A DNA stretch of 64,000 nucleotides from Eledone cirrhosa (taxonomy: Eukaryota). Below, piece by piece: positions 1 to 13,940 of the stretch. Within the stretch, counting starts at the first letter, position 1. Each line of letters begins with the position of its first letter. The notes beneath the pieces were generated by a model. It did no database searches, was not told where the DNA came from, and saw nothing but the letters and a program-made list of their open reading frames with translations. The stretch is taken from assembly GCA_964016885.1 (NCBI GenBank), contig OZ024741.1:252216001-252280000 (forward strand). Reading direction: 5' to 3'. The position numbers and the translations under genes are program-made.

Positions 1-2380
1 CAACCAGCACCAACACAACCACCAACACTACTAACAACACCACCACAACCACCACCAGCACCAACACAACAACCACCACCACCACCACCACCAGCACCAA
101 CACAACCACCAACACTACTAACAACACCACCACAACCACCACCAGCACCAACACAACAACCACCACCACCACCACCACCAGCACCAACACAACCACCAAC
201 ACTACTAACAACACCACCACAACCACCACCAGCACCAACACAACAACCACCACCACCACCACCACCAGCACCAACACAACCACCAACACTACTAACAACA
301 CCACCACAACCACCACCAGCACCAACACAACAACCACCACCACCACCACCACCAGCACCAACACAACCAGCAACACTACTAATACAGCCACCACCAACAC
401 AACCACCACCAACACAACCACAACCACCACCACCAACACAACCACCACCAACACAACCACAACCACCACCACCACCACCACCAGCACCAACACAACCAGC
501 AACACTACTAATACAGCCACCACCAACACAACCACCACCAACACAACCACAACCACCACCACCAACACAACCACCACCAACACAACCACAACCACCACCA
601 CCACCACCAACACAACCACCACCAACACAACCACCACCACCACCACCAACACAACCACCACCAACACAACCACAACCACCACCACCAACACAACCACCAC
701 CAACACAACCACAACCACCACCACCAACACAACCACCACCAACACAACCACAACCACCACCAGCACCAACACAACCAGCAACACCACTAACACAGCCACC
801 ACAACCACCACCAGCACCAACACAACCAGCAACACCACTAACACAGCCACCACCAACACAACCACCACCAACACAACCACCACCACCAACACAACCAGCA
901 CCAATACAGCCACCACCACCACTAACACCACCACCACCAACACAACCAGCACCAACACAGCCACCACCACCACTAACACCACCACCACCAACACAACCAG
1001 CACCAACACAACCACCACTAACACCACCACCACCAACACAACCACCACTAACACCACTGCCACCACCAACACAGCCACTACTAACACCACCAACACAACC
1101 AGCACCAACACAACCACCACCACCATAACACCACCACCATAACACCACCACCACTGCCACCACCAACACAGCCACCACCACCACTAACACCACCACCACC
1201 AACACAACCAGGAACAACACAACCACCCTAACACCATTGCCACCAACACAGCCACCACCACTAACACCACCACCACCAACACAGCCACCACCACCACCAA
1301 CACAGCCACCACCACAGCCACCACCAACACAGCCACCACCAACACAACCAGCACCAACACCACCACCAAAACAACCGCTACCACCACCAACACAACCACC
1401 ACAGCCACCACCACTAACACCACCACCACCATCACAACCACCACCATTACAGCCACCACTAACACCACCACCACCAACACAGCCACCACCAACACAACCA
1501 CCACCAACACAACCGCTACCACCACCAACACAACCACCACCACCACTACCACCACCACCACTAACACCACCACCACCAACACAACCACCACCACCACCAA
1601 CACAACTGCTACCACCACGAACACAACTGCCACAGCCACCACTACTAACACCACCACCACCATCACAGCCACCACTAACACCACCACCACCAACACCACC
1701 ACCACCAACACAACCACCACCAACAACACAACCACAACCTCCAAAACTACCACCACAACCACAACCCCCAAAACTACCACCACAACCACAACCTCCAAAA
1801 CTACCACCACAACCACAACTCCCAAAACTACCACCACAACCACAACCTCCAAAAACTACCACCACAACCACAACCTCCAAAAACTACCACCACAACCACA
1901 ACCTCCAAAATATACCACCACAACCACAACCCCCAAAACTACCACCACAACCACAACCTCCAAAAACTACTACCACAACCACAACCTCCAAAAACTACCA
2001 CCACAACCACAACCTCCAAAAAATACCACCACAACCACAACCTCCAAAAACTACCACCACAACCACAACCACAACCTCCAAAACTACCACCACAACCACA
2101 ACCCCCAAAACTACCACCACAACCACAACCTCCAAAAACTACTACCACAACCACAACCTCCAAAAACTACCACCACAACCACAACCTCCAAAAACTACCA
2201 CCACAACCACAACCCACAAAACTACCACCACAACCATAACCTCCAAAAACTACCACCACAACCACAACCCCCAAAACTACCACCACAACCACAAACATAA
2301 CCACCACCACAACCACAACCTCCAAAAACTACCACCACAACCACAACCCCCAAAACTACCACTACGAACCAATACCAATA
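1..2380. repeat. Degenerate (ACC/AAC)n-derived tandem repeat and minisatellite block
   Basis: Almost purely A/C trinucleotide-derived units such as caccaacacaaccac. From about 1730 it changes to a 27-bp unit, accacaaccacaacctccaaaaactacc. Confidence 0.95.
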
Positions 2381-2439
2381 CAGTGTGACAAACACAAACG
2401 TACAGAGGAAAAATGATATAAACATATAGATCTACATAC

Positions 2440-2445
2440 AGACAC

Positions 2446-2484
<39 letters not shown>

Positions 2485-4920
2485 TACACACATACACACA
2501 CATACATACACATACATATACACACATACACACATACACACACACACATACACATACATACACACACATACACATACACACACACATGCATACACACATA
2601 CACACACATACACACATACACACACATACACACACACACACACATACATACACACACACATACACACACACACATACACACACACAGACACAAACACATA
2701 CACACACGCACATACACACACACATACATACATGCATACATACAAACAGTAGCACACATATATATATATACATATAAAGGTACAGACAGTTGTACACACA
2801 TACAAATATCCATACTGACATTCATATATACATAAATGCACACAAACACACAGATGGGGTAACACATGCACACACATATATGTATATACATATGACAACC
2901 ATACATATATAAACACATACATATGACAAACATACATATATAAACACATACATATGACAAACATACATATATAAACACATACATATGACAAACATACATA
3001 TATAAACACATACATATGACAAACATACATATATAAACACATACATATGACAAACATACATATATAAACACATACATATGACAAACATACATATACATAA
3101 TAGATACACACAAACATACATACATATACACACATGCATACACACAAACATATATACATACATATACATAATAGATACACACAAACATACATACATATAC
3201 ACACATGCATACACACAAACATATATACATACATAAACATACTAGATACACACAAACGTAGATACATATACATACATGCATACAGCCAAACATATATACA
3301 TACATATACAAAATACATACACGCAAACATACATACATATACACACATGCATACACACAAACATATATACATACATATACATAATACATACACACAAACA
3401 TACATACATATACACACATGCATACACACAAACATATATACATACATATACAAAATACATACACGCAAACATACATACATATACACACATGCATACAGCC
3501 AAACATATATACATACATATACATAATACATACACACAAACATACATACATATACACACATGCATACACACAAACATATATACATACATATACATAATAC
3601 ATACACACAAAGATACATACATATACACACATGCATACAGCCAAACATATATACATACATATACAAAATACATACACACAAACATACATACATATACACA
3701 CATGCATACACACAAACGTACATACATATACACACATGCATACAGCCAAACATATATACATACATATACATAATACATACACACAAACATACATACATAT
3801 ATATACACACATGCATACACACAAACATATATACATACATATACAAAATACATACACGCAAACATACATACATACATATACACACATGCATACACACAAA
3901 CATATATACATACATATACATAATAGATACACACAAACATACATACATATACACACATGCATACACACAAACATATATACATACATAAACATACTAGATA
4001 CACACAAACGTAGATACATATACACACATGCATACAGCCAAACATATATACATACATATACAAAATACATACACGCAAACATACATACATACATATACAC
4101 ACATGCATACACACAAACATATATACATACATATACATAATAGATACACACAAACATACATACATATACACACATGCATACACACAAACATATATACATA
4201 CATATACATAATACATACACGCAAACATACATACATATACACACATGCATACACACAAACATATATACATGCATAAACATAATACATACACACAAACATA
4301 CATACATATACACACATGCATACACACAAACATATATACATACATATACATAATACATACACGCAAACATACATACATACATATAGACACATGCATACAC
4401 ACAAACATATATACATACATAAACATACTAGATACACACAAACGTACATACATATACACACATGCATACAGCCAAACATATACATACATATACATAATAG
4501 ATACACACAAACGTAGATACATATACACACATGCATACAGCCAAACATATATACATACATATACAAAATACATACACGCAAACATACATACATACATATA
4601 CACACATGCATACACACAAACATATATACATACATATACAAAATACATACACACAAACATACATACATACATATACACACATGCATACACACAAACATAT
4701 ATACATACATATACAAAATACATACACACAAACATACATACATACATATACACACATGCATACACACAAACATATATACATACATATACATAATACATAC
4801 ACACAAACACGCAGATAGGGTAACACATCTACACGCATATATACGTATGTACATACAACAAATATACACATACACATACATATGACATAAATATATATAT
4901 ACTTACATACATACATACAT
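2440..4920. repeat. Compound (CA)/(CATA) microsatellite-derived minisatellite
   Basis: A 32-bp unit (catacatatataaacacatacatatgacaaa-like) at about 2890-3090, then longer alternating units containing cacatgcatac. Confidence 0.95.
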
Positions 4921-5164
4921 AAAGACAGGGAGACATAGGCACATAGATACAATGACATACAGACTAATAGAGAGACAGGCAGCTCACCATGAAGTCTAAA
5001 TTCACAACATAGTGACATCATAGTGGATAGCAGCAAATCAGAGTGTCTGTTTACTATCTCTTCAGTATTATGTCAGAGTTCAACTGTCTGAAAACAATGA
5101 CCTCTGGGTCACTAGACCAAATTTCACTGGACTCTATATATGTATGTATGTATGTATGTATACC

Positions 5165-5234
<70 letters not shown>

Positions 5235-5240
5235 TGTGTT

Positions 5241-5285
<45 letters not shown>

Positions 5286-5418
5286 ATAAATATATATATA
5301 TATATATATATATAAATATATATATATATGTGTGTGTTTATATATATATATATATATATAGGAAAATGTTTGACCCCAACGGCAGAGCTCAACCCGTTTC
5401 GACGGCTATTTCTGGACG

Positions 5419-5484
<66 letters not shown>

Positions 5485-5810
5485 GTATCCATAACATATG
5501 TATGTATGTGTGTATACATATATATATATATAAAGAGAGAGAGAGAGATAAATTTGTATGTGTGTATAATTATACATATATTAATGAGGTAAGGATGCAA
5601 CCAAAAGCTTGAACAGTTTCCGCTAATAGCTTCTTTTAACTATATATATATACATTATATAGAAATATCTTCTACATAACTAGAACTGTTTCATTCATAT
5701 GAAATCATCAGACAAATGAAATAATCTTAGCCCAGTAGAATGCATTTCTTTATAAAATAAATATGCTTATTCTCTACTAATATATTGAGTACTTTATTCA
5801 ACAGTGGTTG

Positions 5811-5849
<39 letters not shown>

Positions 5850-5871
5850 ATGTGTGTGTGTATGCTTATAT

Positions 5872-6224
5872 ATCATCATCATCATCATCATTTTACGTCC
5901 GCTTTTCCCTGCATGCAAGGGTGGGATGGGTCTTATTCAGCACAGCATCTCTCCACTTGCCACGGTCCTTCGTCATCTCCACCGTGAGCTTCAGCGATCT
6001 GAGGTCTGTTCTCACCACCTCCGCCCATGTTTTTCGTGGTCTACCTCTACCACGTCTTCCTTCAACTGGCATTTCCTGGCACTTCTTCACCCATCGGTCA
6101 TCCTCCATGCGCATTACATGTCCATACCACCTCAGTCTTCTCTCTCGCACATTACATTCTATCCCTCTCAGACACAGTTTCTCTCTCAACACATTCATGC
6201 TGGGTCATTCACGCACATTGACAT
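5872..6224 (-). mobile_element. RTE LINE 3' fragment (short-3'UTR subfamily)
   Basis: Encodes RERRLRWYGHVMRM...GRRGRGRPRKTW, a typical RTE C-terminus, and ends in a (GAT)n tail. Confidence 0.93.
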
Positions 6225-6236
6225 ACACACACACAC

Positions 6237-6271
<35 letters not shown>

Positions 6272-6467
6272 TATATATATATGTGTGTGTAAAATCATGA
6301 CCACGTGCCAAGTGGTCAGGATTACATATCTCTATACCCATGCATTGAGTACTCCCATGATTATTGGTCTCCTCAGTCTCTGCACTGCAGATTCCCTCTC
6401 TCCCTCTTTCTTTCTACTATATATATATATATAAGTAGAAACACAACAGTTAGTTCACCATACCGAG

Positions 6468-6571
6468 AACAATTCTTTCACCTTAGCGGATCTTCAGCTC
6501 GTACTGGTCATGGTTATACGTATAACCATGACCAGTACAAGCTGAAGATCCGCTAAAGTGAAAGAATTGTT
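6468..6571. repeat. Near-perfect 104-bp palindrome with a hammerhead-like core in each arm
   Basis: 52-bp arms with 2 mismatches, centred at 6519/6520. Each arm carries CTGAAGA-N11-GAAA. Confidence 0.85.
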
Positions 6572-6646
6572 GTGTTACCACTTCTACCTAACACGTCCAG
6601 TGGACTGAGTGCTCTACCACTACGGATATTACCTTCCAGTGTTCTA

Positions 6647-6680
<34 letters not shown>

Positions 6681-6877
6681 AATTTTTTTATTATACTTGT
6701 CACACTAGCTCATTTTGAGTACTCGATACTTCTTCTAATCTATCATGGCTTACTAGCTTTATACGGACGTTTAAATTGGTTAAATAATATATATATATGT
6801 ATGTATATATGTATATATATATATATATATGTATATATATGTATATATATGTATATATATATATGTATATATATATA

Positions 6878-7290
6878 TATTGTTATACTTTGGGAGGGTC
6901 ATGTTGCAATAAGAAACACATGCACCAGTTGCTTTCACGTCAATTTATTATATATAGTTGTTTATATATAGTCATAGTCCTTTCGTCACGCACTCTGTGA
7001 CCTCTTCAGTGACTGGGGATTCCTTTCTTTGAAGAGGTCACAGAGTGTGTGACGAGAGGACTATGACTATATATAAACAACTATCTGATTGTGGAACCAA
7101 CCAACCAACCAGGAATTTATAAGTTTGTAGATTTGTAAATTTATAAATTTATAAATATATAATAAATTGAAGTGAAAGCAACTGGTGCGTGTGTTTCTTA
7201 TTGGCAACATGACCCTCCCAAAGTATAACAATATCGGTTTCAACACACGATTTCAGATAAAGAATCTTGCTAAACAAATTCAGAAACGAA
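6878..7290. mobile_element. Fold-back non-coding repeat, Penelope pLTR-like (family C), copy 1
   Basis: Nested inverted repeats (6878-6955 vs about 7155-7232, and 6955-7008 vs 7031-7084). It carries a hammerhead motif and has a second copy at 23739-24218. Confidence 0.75.
6970..7014 (-). ncRNA. Minimal type I hammerhead ribozyme motif
   Basis: AGUCA-CUGAAGA-G-GUCAC(loop)GUGAC-GAAA-GGAC-UA^UGACU. Helix I is 5 bp and helix II is 5 bp. Confidence 0.7.
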
Positions 7291-7309
7291 ATATATATAT
7301 GTATATATA

Positions 7310-7545
7310 TATATTAGTAAAAAAGAAAAGAAAATGCTGACAAATTAGAGCAAACATCACGAGCGCTCTATCTCAAAATTTTTTTTGAAAAGCATTAGAA
7401 ATGCGCAACCGGTAAAAACTTAAAACTAAAACTGAATACTAACCAATACTTATTACTAATTAAACTATTTTTCACTGGGAAAAATTTGTCAGCATTTTCT
7501 TTTCCTTTTTACTAATATATCACAACTCGTGTGTCACACCTCTAT
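7310..7545. mobile_element. Fold-back repeat (family D) with U3-A8 hammerhead-like motif at 7381-7418
   Basis: About 37-bp inverted arms (tatattagtaaaaaagaaaagaaaatgctgacaaatt and its complement). A related copy lies at about 13030-13235. Confidence 0.6.
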
Positions 7546-7576
7546 TTTTTTAAATATATATATATATATATATATA

Positions 7577-7769
7577 CGTAGGTCCCGGGTTGAGTCGGGG
7601 ATAACCACAGTAAGTAAGGTACTCAATACATGGCAGAGTAAAATTTTTTATTTTATAGAAGGAGCTTCTACAGGACTAGTACTGTTTCATTCAGATGAAA
7701 TCTTCAGGAAGATTTCATCTGAATGAAACAGTACTAGTCCTGTAGAAGCTCCTTCTATAAAATAAAAAA
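7577..7769. mobile_element. Fold-back hammerhead-bearing repeat (family A)
   Basis: 62-bp perfect inverted arms, 7644-7705 and 7708-7769. Related copies lie at about 5655-5712, 8300-8343, 8360-8490, 25783-25864, 29326-29521 and 48658-48792, all next to (TA)n/(CA)n. Confidence 0.85.
7665..7711 (-). ncRNA. Type I hammerhead ribozyme motif (family A)
   Basis: CUUC-CUGAAGA-U-UUC(AUCU)GAA-U-GAA-ACAG(UACUAGUC)CUGU-A^GAAG. Confidence 0.78.
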
Positions 7770-8003
7770 AAATAAAAATATATATATATATATAATATAT
7801 ATATAAGATCAAAATTTGAAATAAGCATAATAAAATACATGGAACTCATTTAACCATCTTTTGATCTTATATATATTATGTATACTCCAGTCCTACAAAC
7901 TGTAGAGTGCTTCTTATACGATATCTGCATTGCTTTATTGTACTACAATAAAACTCACCTCCTACATATATATATATATATATATATATATCTATATATA
8001 TAT

Positions 8004-8042
<39 letters not shown>

Positions 8043-8526
8043 TATATATATATAGATATATATATAGAGAGATAGTGAGAAAACAAGAGAAAGGTGCAGG
8101 CATATAATTTCAGCTATTCGACTGAGGTCATACTGAGACACCACCTTAAAGGGATTCAGTTAACAATATCAAGCTAGTAATTATTTTCTTCTAGTCAGTT
8201 CGTTGTTTTATTGATTGTATTTTTTGTTGAACTCCTAAATTATCCGAGATAAAGACAAACACAGTTACAAACATAAAGACACACAAGCCTATATATATAT
8301 ATTTAATATAGAAATGGCTTCTACAGGACTAGAACTGTTTCATATATACATATATATAAGTTATTCCGGGTTGAATCGGAGGTAACCACAGTCAGTAAGG
8401 TAGTCAAATCATAGCAGAGTATAAAAGTTTTATTATAGAAGAGCTTCTACAGGACTAGAACTGTTTCATTCGTGAGAAATCATCATGAACACACATACAC
8501 ATACATACACACATATGCACAGATAC

Positions 8527-8584
<58 letters not shown>

Positions 8585-9182
8585 CTACACACACACATAA
8601 CATAATGGCTGCAACTCAGTTTTGAGAATTGTCATCCTTTGACGTTTTTCTCATACATGGGTGACACAAACATGACTTTTTAGTCCTCCAAGGACTTAGA
8701 TTCCTTTCTGCATATGCTGCAGCAAAAGAGAAAAGAAATGACCATGCTCACACAACAGATGTAAAAGTCATTTAGATCAAATGATGTCTGTACTTGAAAC
8801 TTGTACTGGACCAATCCTACTTTCTGAATAATGGAGACAAATATCCCAAAAGAAGAAGAGCTAAACATCACTGGCTTCCATCAAGTCATACGTTTTACAT
8901 CAGAGTTTTCCTTCTCCTAAAATGGTGTCCTAACAAGATCTAGGGTCTCTAACTCCCACTGGGCTATCTACACACATACACACATACACACACACACACA
9001 TATTGTTTCTTTTGAGACAATTTTGATTAATGAAGGTAATCTTGCTTGATTTATGCTCCATCTCTTTTCTTTCTCAACACAACCTCCAAAACTAACTTAA
9101 CATGTGTGTGTGTGAACATGTGTGTTTATTTGTATGTGTACGTCCATGTGTGTGTGCGTGTCTTTACAAAGAGACCGCTTAA

Positions 9183-9401
9183 CCCTTTAACATTTACATT
9201 ACTCTATATTTAAAATTGTATTTTCACAGAAAAGGCTTTACCTCACATAATATCTAAAATAATATCGAATCTATGTGATTTTGATATTATTTATTTTGAG
9301 AACAATACCTTAACATCAATATGAGTGGCCAGTTACGGCCGGCTAAAGACAGTTTGACAGAAGAATTCTGGCCGAATATGGCTGGTTTAAAAGTTAAAGG
9401 G
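9183..9401. mobile_element. piggyBac-type MITE
   Basis: TTAA on both sides, with TIRs CCCTTTAACATTT ... AAAAGTTAAAGGG. Confidence 0.85.
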
Positions 9402-9750
9402 TTAAGCAGTTGGTGACATTTATTTTATGCCCTGTAGCTCTCCAGTCAATCATTTGAATATCAGTAAAATACATGCCTTTCTTAACAAGTATTTAGAGTT
9501 GGTATCAGAAAGGACATACAGTCATATAGCCTCAAAAAATAGTCACATCCAACCATGTTTAAATCACTGATACACACAAAAACACGTGTATATATACATG
9601 CACACACACAAACACACACACACATATGTATATATATGTATATATATATTATATAAATATTATATATATATAATATATATATAATATATATATAATATAT
9701 ATATACATATATATGTATGTGTGAGTGTGTACATATATAATGTATATACA

Positions 9751-9781
<31 letters not shown>

Positions 9782-10087
9782 GTGTGTGTATATGTGTGTT
9801 TGTAGTAGCTGCAAATATTAGTCCTTATAAATGCCCCTCCTCCAATAAATGTCATGTTACCAACATATTTTACAAAGAAATATATTTATGTTAACTGTCA
9901 GCACCACCAGCACTGCCAACACCACCATAAGCACTACAATCACCACCATTACACAGACTACAACCACCATAAGCACCAACACAACCACCACTACCAACAC
10001 TACCATCACCACAACCACCAACACCAACAATTCAACCACAAGTAGCACTAATACCACCAACACCAATGCCACTACCCTCACCTCCAC

Positions 10088-11215
10088 TACAACCACCAAC
10101 ACCACCTCCACTAACAATACTTCTACCCTCACTTCTACCACCATAACTAGGACTCACCACCTCCACCATGACCACATCTACAACCAACACTACCATCACC
10201 ACCACCACCAACACCACCTCCACTAACAATACTTCTACCCTCACTTCTACCACCATAACTAGGACTCACCACCTCCACCATGACCACATCTACAACCAAC
10301 ACTACCATCACCACCACCACCAACACCACCTCCACTAACAATACTTCTACCCTCACTTCTACCACCATAACTAGGACTCACCACCTCCACCATGACCACA
10401 TCTACAACCAACACTACCATCACCACAACCACCAACACCACCTCCACTAACAATACTTCTACCCTCACTTCTACCACCATAACTAGGACTCACCACCTCC
10501 ACCATGACCACATCTACAACCAACACTACCATCACCACCACCACCAACACCACCTCCACTAACAATACTTCTACCCTCACTTCTACCACCATAACTAGGA
10601 CTCACCACCTCCACCATGACCACATCTACAACCAACACTACCATCACCACCACCACCAACACCACCTCCACTAACAATACTTCTACCCTCACTTCTACCA
10701 CCATAACTAGGACTCACCACCTCCACCATGACCACATCTACAACCAACACTACCATCACCACCACCACCAACACCACCTCCACTAACAATACTTCTACCC
10801 TCACTTCTACCACCATAACTAGGACTCACCACCTCCACCATGACCACATCTACAACCAACACTACCATCACCACAACCACCAACACCACCTCCACTAACA
10901 ATACTTCTACCCTCACTTCTACCACCATAACTAGGACTCACCACCTCCACCATGACCACATCTACAACCAACACTACCATCACCACCACCACCAACACCA
11001 CCTCCACTAACAATACTTCTACCCTCACTTCTACCACCATAACTAGGACTCACCACCTCCACCATGACCACATCTACAACCAACACTACCATCACCACCA
11101 CCACCAACACCACCTCCACTAACAATACTTCTACCCTCACTTCTACCACCATAACTAGGACTCACCACCTCCACCATGACCACATCTACAACCAACACTA
11201 CTATCACCACCACCA
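10088..11215. repeat. 112-bp tandem repeat, about 10 near-identical copies
   Basis: The marker actaggactc recurs exactly every 112 bp, 10 times, from about 10147 to about 11155. Confidence 0.97.
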
Positions 11216-11759
11216 CCATCAGGACCACTACTACCATTAACTATAGCAATGACAACAACACTTATTACAAATAACAATTGTAAGTAGTAATATTTCTTAA
11301 GCTTCACTTTGTTGTATCTTCTGTATGGTAAGATATATTGATTTTTTGAGCCTATGTATGTTCCATGAGGCCATATATCTGCCCAGAGTTGGAAGGAGGG
11401 GGCAGTTCGTCTCCAAGGTCTAGGCCTAGACTTTTTTTATTTTCTGTAACCCTCAATATTGTCTGTAGGGAAGGAAATGACTAATACAGTCTGGCATCAA
11501 TATTTTCATTATAGAGGTTGCTGTAAGAATGCAAAAAAGTTGAACAGATGCCACAGGGTCACCTATATACCAGGCTAACAATTATGGCTGTGTTAAACTG
11601 GTACTTTTGATATCCTCATTATAATCAACATTATCACTGTTTTTACATGATTTTTTTTTTTGGCATGGGTTGGATGGGACACTTTTTTTAAGGTAAATGT
11701 TTTAGTTGCTTCTTACAACACTCAGAGATATATTCATATTAAACATACATACATGTATT

Positions 11760-12335
11760 CATGTGTCCCAGTACAACCTGTCTCATGGTCGGGTCGTTGG
11801 CGACTGAACTGGCAACCCCACCAAGGTTTCTTGGTGAGGAGGGTGACTTTGGACATCCTGCAGGACTAAAAACAAAACCTGTCAAGGGGCAAAGGAGCTC
11901 TTAAGAGTCAATGGCCATCCAAAATCACCGGGAGAGATGACCCCTTAGCCTTTGTCAAGGCAGAATTCTAGGAGAAGGAAAACTCTGATATAACACCTGC
12001 AACTCTGATGGTATCCAATGATGTTGACTTCTTTTGGGTAAATATCATCTTGGTTAAGAGAGTGGGACTGGCTTTGTGCAGTGCCTTTGCTCACTATAAA
12101 AGCTTCACAGCACAGGCATTGCTTTATATCTGGAGATCTCTCTGCACTTGTCGTCACATGGTACCATGGGCCCAGCACTATGTGTCAATATTTGTCACAA
12201 GTGTAGTGTTTGTACCAGAGTTTTCAAGTCGCTGGCTGGACTAAGAAGTCACACTCGTTCAGCGCATCGGTAGGAGTTCTCCTACATGGATATAAAGTAG
12301 TGGCCGTACTCGAAAACGAGTTGGCAGCCACCATG
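11760..12335 (+). mobile_element. Non-coding interspersed retro-repeat (family X), probably a non-autonomous RTE-type derivative
   Basis: Near-identical to 13941-14552 and 55353-55767. The 3' end ggcagccaccatg runs into a (TATG)n tail, and the 5' ends vary between copies. Confidence 0.7.
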
Positions 12336-12413
12336 TATGTATGTATGTGTAAGAATATACATAGGTGTGAAAAGGAAAAAGGAAAACACTGCTCAATTGG
12401 GAAAAGAACAGAA

Positions 12414-12612
12414 ATATATCATTTATTTTTGTTCATACGCTGAACAAAAGCACTACCAATGGTTTCATTCAAGGCATCAAAATTATGAACTATCTTTAGG
12501 TGCTTATTTGAGTATAACCACCTAAAGATAGGTCACAATTTTGATGCCTCTTGTATTCTGGAGCATTGGATAGTGTGTTTGCTCTGTGTATGAACATAAA
12601 TAAATAATATAT
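12414..12612. repeat. Imperfect fold-back repeat
   Basis: Inner arms aggcatcaaaattatgaactatctttaggtg / cacctaaagataggtcacaattttgatgcct, plus weaker outer arms. Confidence 0.7.
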
Positions 12613-12616
12613 ATAT

Positions 12617-13000
12617 CCCTTTAGCATTTAAACCGACTGTATATGGCCATAATTCTCTCACCTCTGTTTGTTCAAACTGGCCGTAACTGGCCACTCATAC
12701 TGACGTTACAGTATTGTTCTCAAAATAAATAACATCAAAATCTCATTGATTCGATATTATGTGAGATAATTATGTAAGATAAAGCCTTTACAATGAAAAT
12801 ATAATAGTAAATATAGAGTAATTGTTTTTACTTTAGGCACAAGGCCAGCAATTACCCAGTGCATTACTGGTACTTTATTTAAGTCAACCTCGGCGGGATT
12901 TGAACTCAGATCGTAAAGGGACGTAACTATGCTGGAAAGCATGGTGTCCGACCCTCTGACGATACTGCCAATCCAATAGAGTAATGTAAATGCTAAAGGG
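12617..13000. mobile_element. piggyBac-type MITE (reverse copy) interrupted by a SINE
   Basis: CCCTTTAGCATTTA ... TAAATGCTAAAGGG|TTAA, homologous to 9183-9401. Confidence 0.85.
12823..12975 (-). mobile_element. tRNA-derived SINE (Nin-domain-type family), internally deleted
   Basis: B-box-like GAGTTCAAATCCC, flanked by the 10-bp TSD atagagtaat. Confidence 0.85.
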
Positions 13001-13242
13001 TTAAATATATATATATTATATTTAGAATGTTGAGAAGTGACACACGAGTTGATATATATTAGGAAAATAAGAAAACAGTAGAAAATGCTAATAGAATTTG
13101 CTTTCTAGCATGTAGAAGTCGAAATTTTTATTGACTGAAACTGGTACTAAAAATTTTAAAAAAAAATGTTTTTCTGTTTTTCTATGAGAAAATTCTATGA
13201 GCATTTTCTACCGTTATCTTTTTTTGTTAATATATATATATA

Positions 13243-13585
13243 GAGGCACATGGCTTAGTGGTTAGAGCATTGGCCTTGCAATCGAAAGGTTGTGAGTTCA
13301 ATTCTCAGACCGGGTGATGTGTTTCCTTGAGCAAGACACTTTATTTCACATTGCTCCTGTTTACTCAGCTGTAGAAATGATATGATAGGGACTGGGGTCC
13401 CTATCATTCCACTGCAAAGTGGTCGTGGAGGTGCCACGGCAAAAAAAGCACCCAGCACTCACTCTAAATGAGGTTGTTGGTGTTAGGAAGGGCATCCAGC
13501 TGTAGAAATCAAGCCAGAATCAGTTCCCGTCCCACCCTTGCAAGCAGGGAAAAGCGGACGTAAAATAAAATGAAATGAAAATGAA
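13243..13585 (+). mobile_element. tRNA-derived SINE with RTE-derived 3' tail
   Basis: A box TGGCTTAGTGG and B box GAGTTCAATTC, with a tail shared with RTE 3' UTRs. A second copy lies at 27226-27539. Confidence 0.85.
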
Positions 13586-13940
13586 ATATATATATATATA
13601 CACATATGTCCCCTCAATCTTTCTTATTTCTCATTCTTTCTTCTGATGAAGGACTAGCATGAGAAAAGTTAAGACCCTCTTCTTGTTAAACTAATATATT
13701 CCTAAACTAATATATAGTGTTTAACTAATATATTTCTTCCATATACTGTACCGTTTATTTTGTTATTTCTGTTTTTCTGTTTACCTTACACACGCATATA
13801 TATATTTATGTATATAAATATATATATGTATATATTTATATACATACATATATATATACATATATATATTTATATACATACATATATATATATACATATA
13901 TATATTTATATACATACATATATATATACATATATATATA

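Noticed and set aside
1237-2388. 383-aa Pro/Thr-rich mucin- or extensin-like ORF, and similar ORFs at 31370-32104 and 9849-10226
   Set aside because: A by-product of (ACC)n repeats. The frame drifts between repeat registers, and there is no signal peptide or splice context.
6290-6400. Further hammerhead-like motifs here (CUGAGGA...GAGA on the minus strand) and at about 5375-5420
   Set aside because: The core is mutated or truncated and helix I pairs poorly, so they are too weak to call.
13243-13315. tRNA gene candidates at SINE heads
   Set aside because: A/B boxes are present, but there is no complete cloverleaf and the sequence continues into multi-copy SINE bodies.
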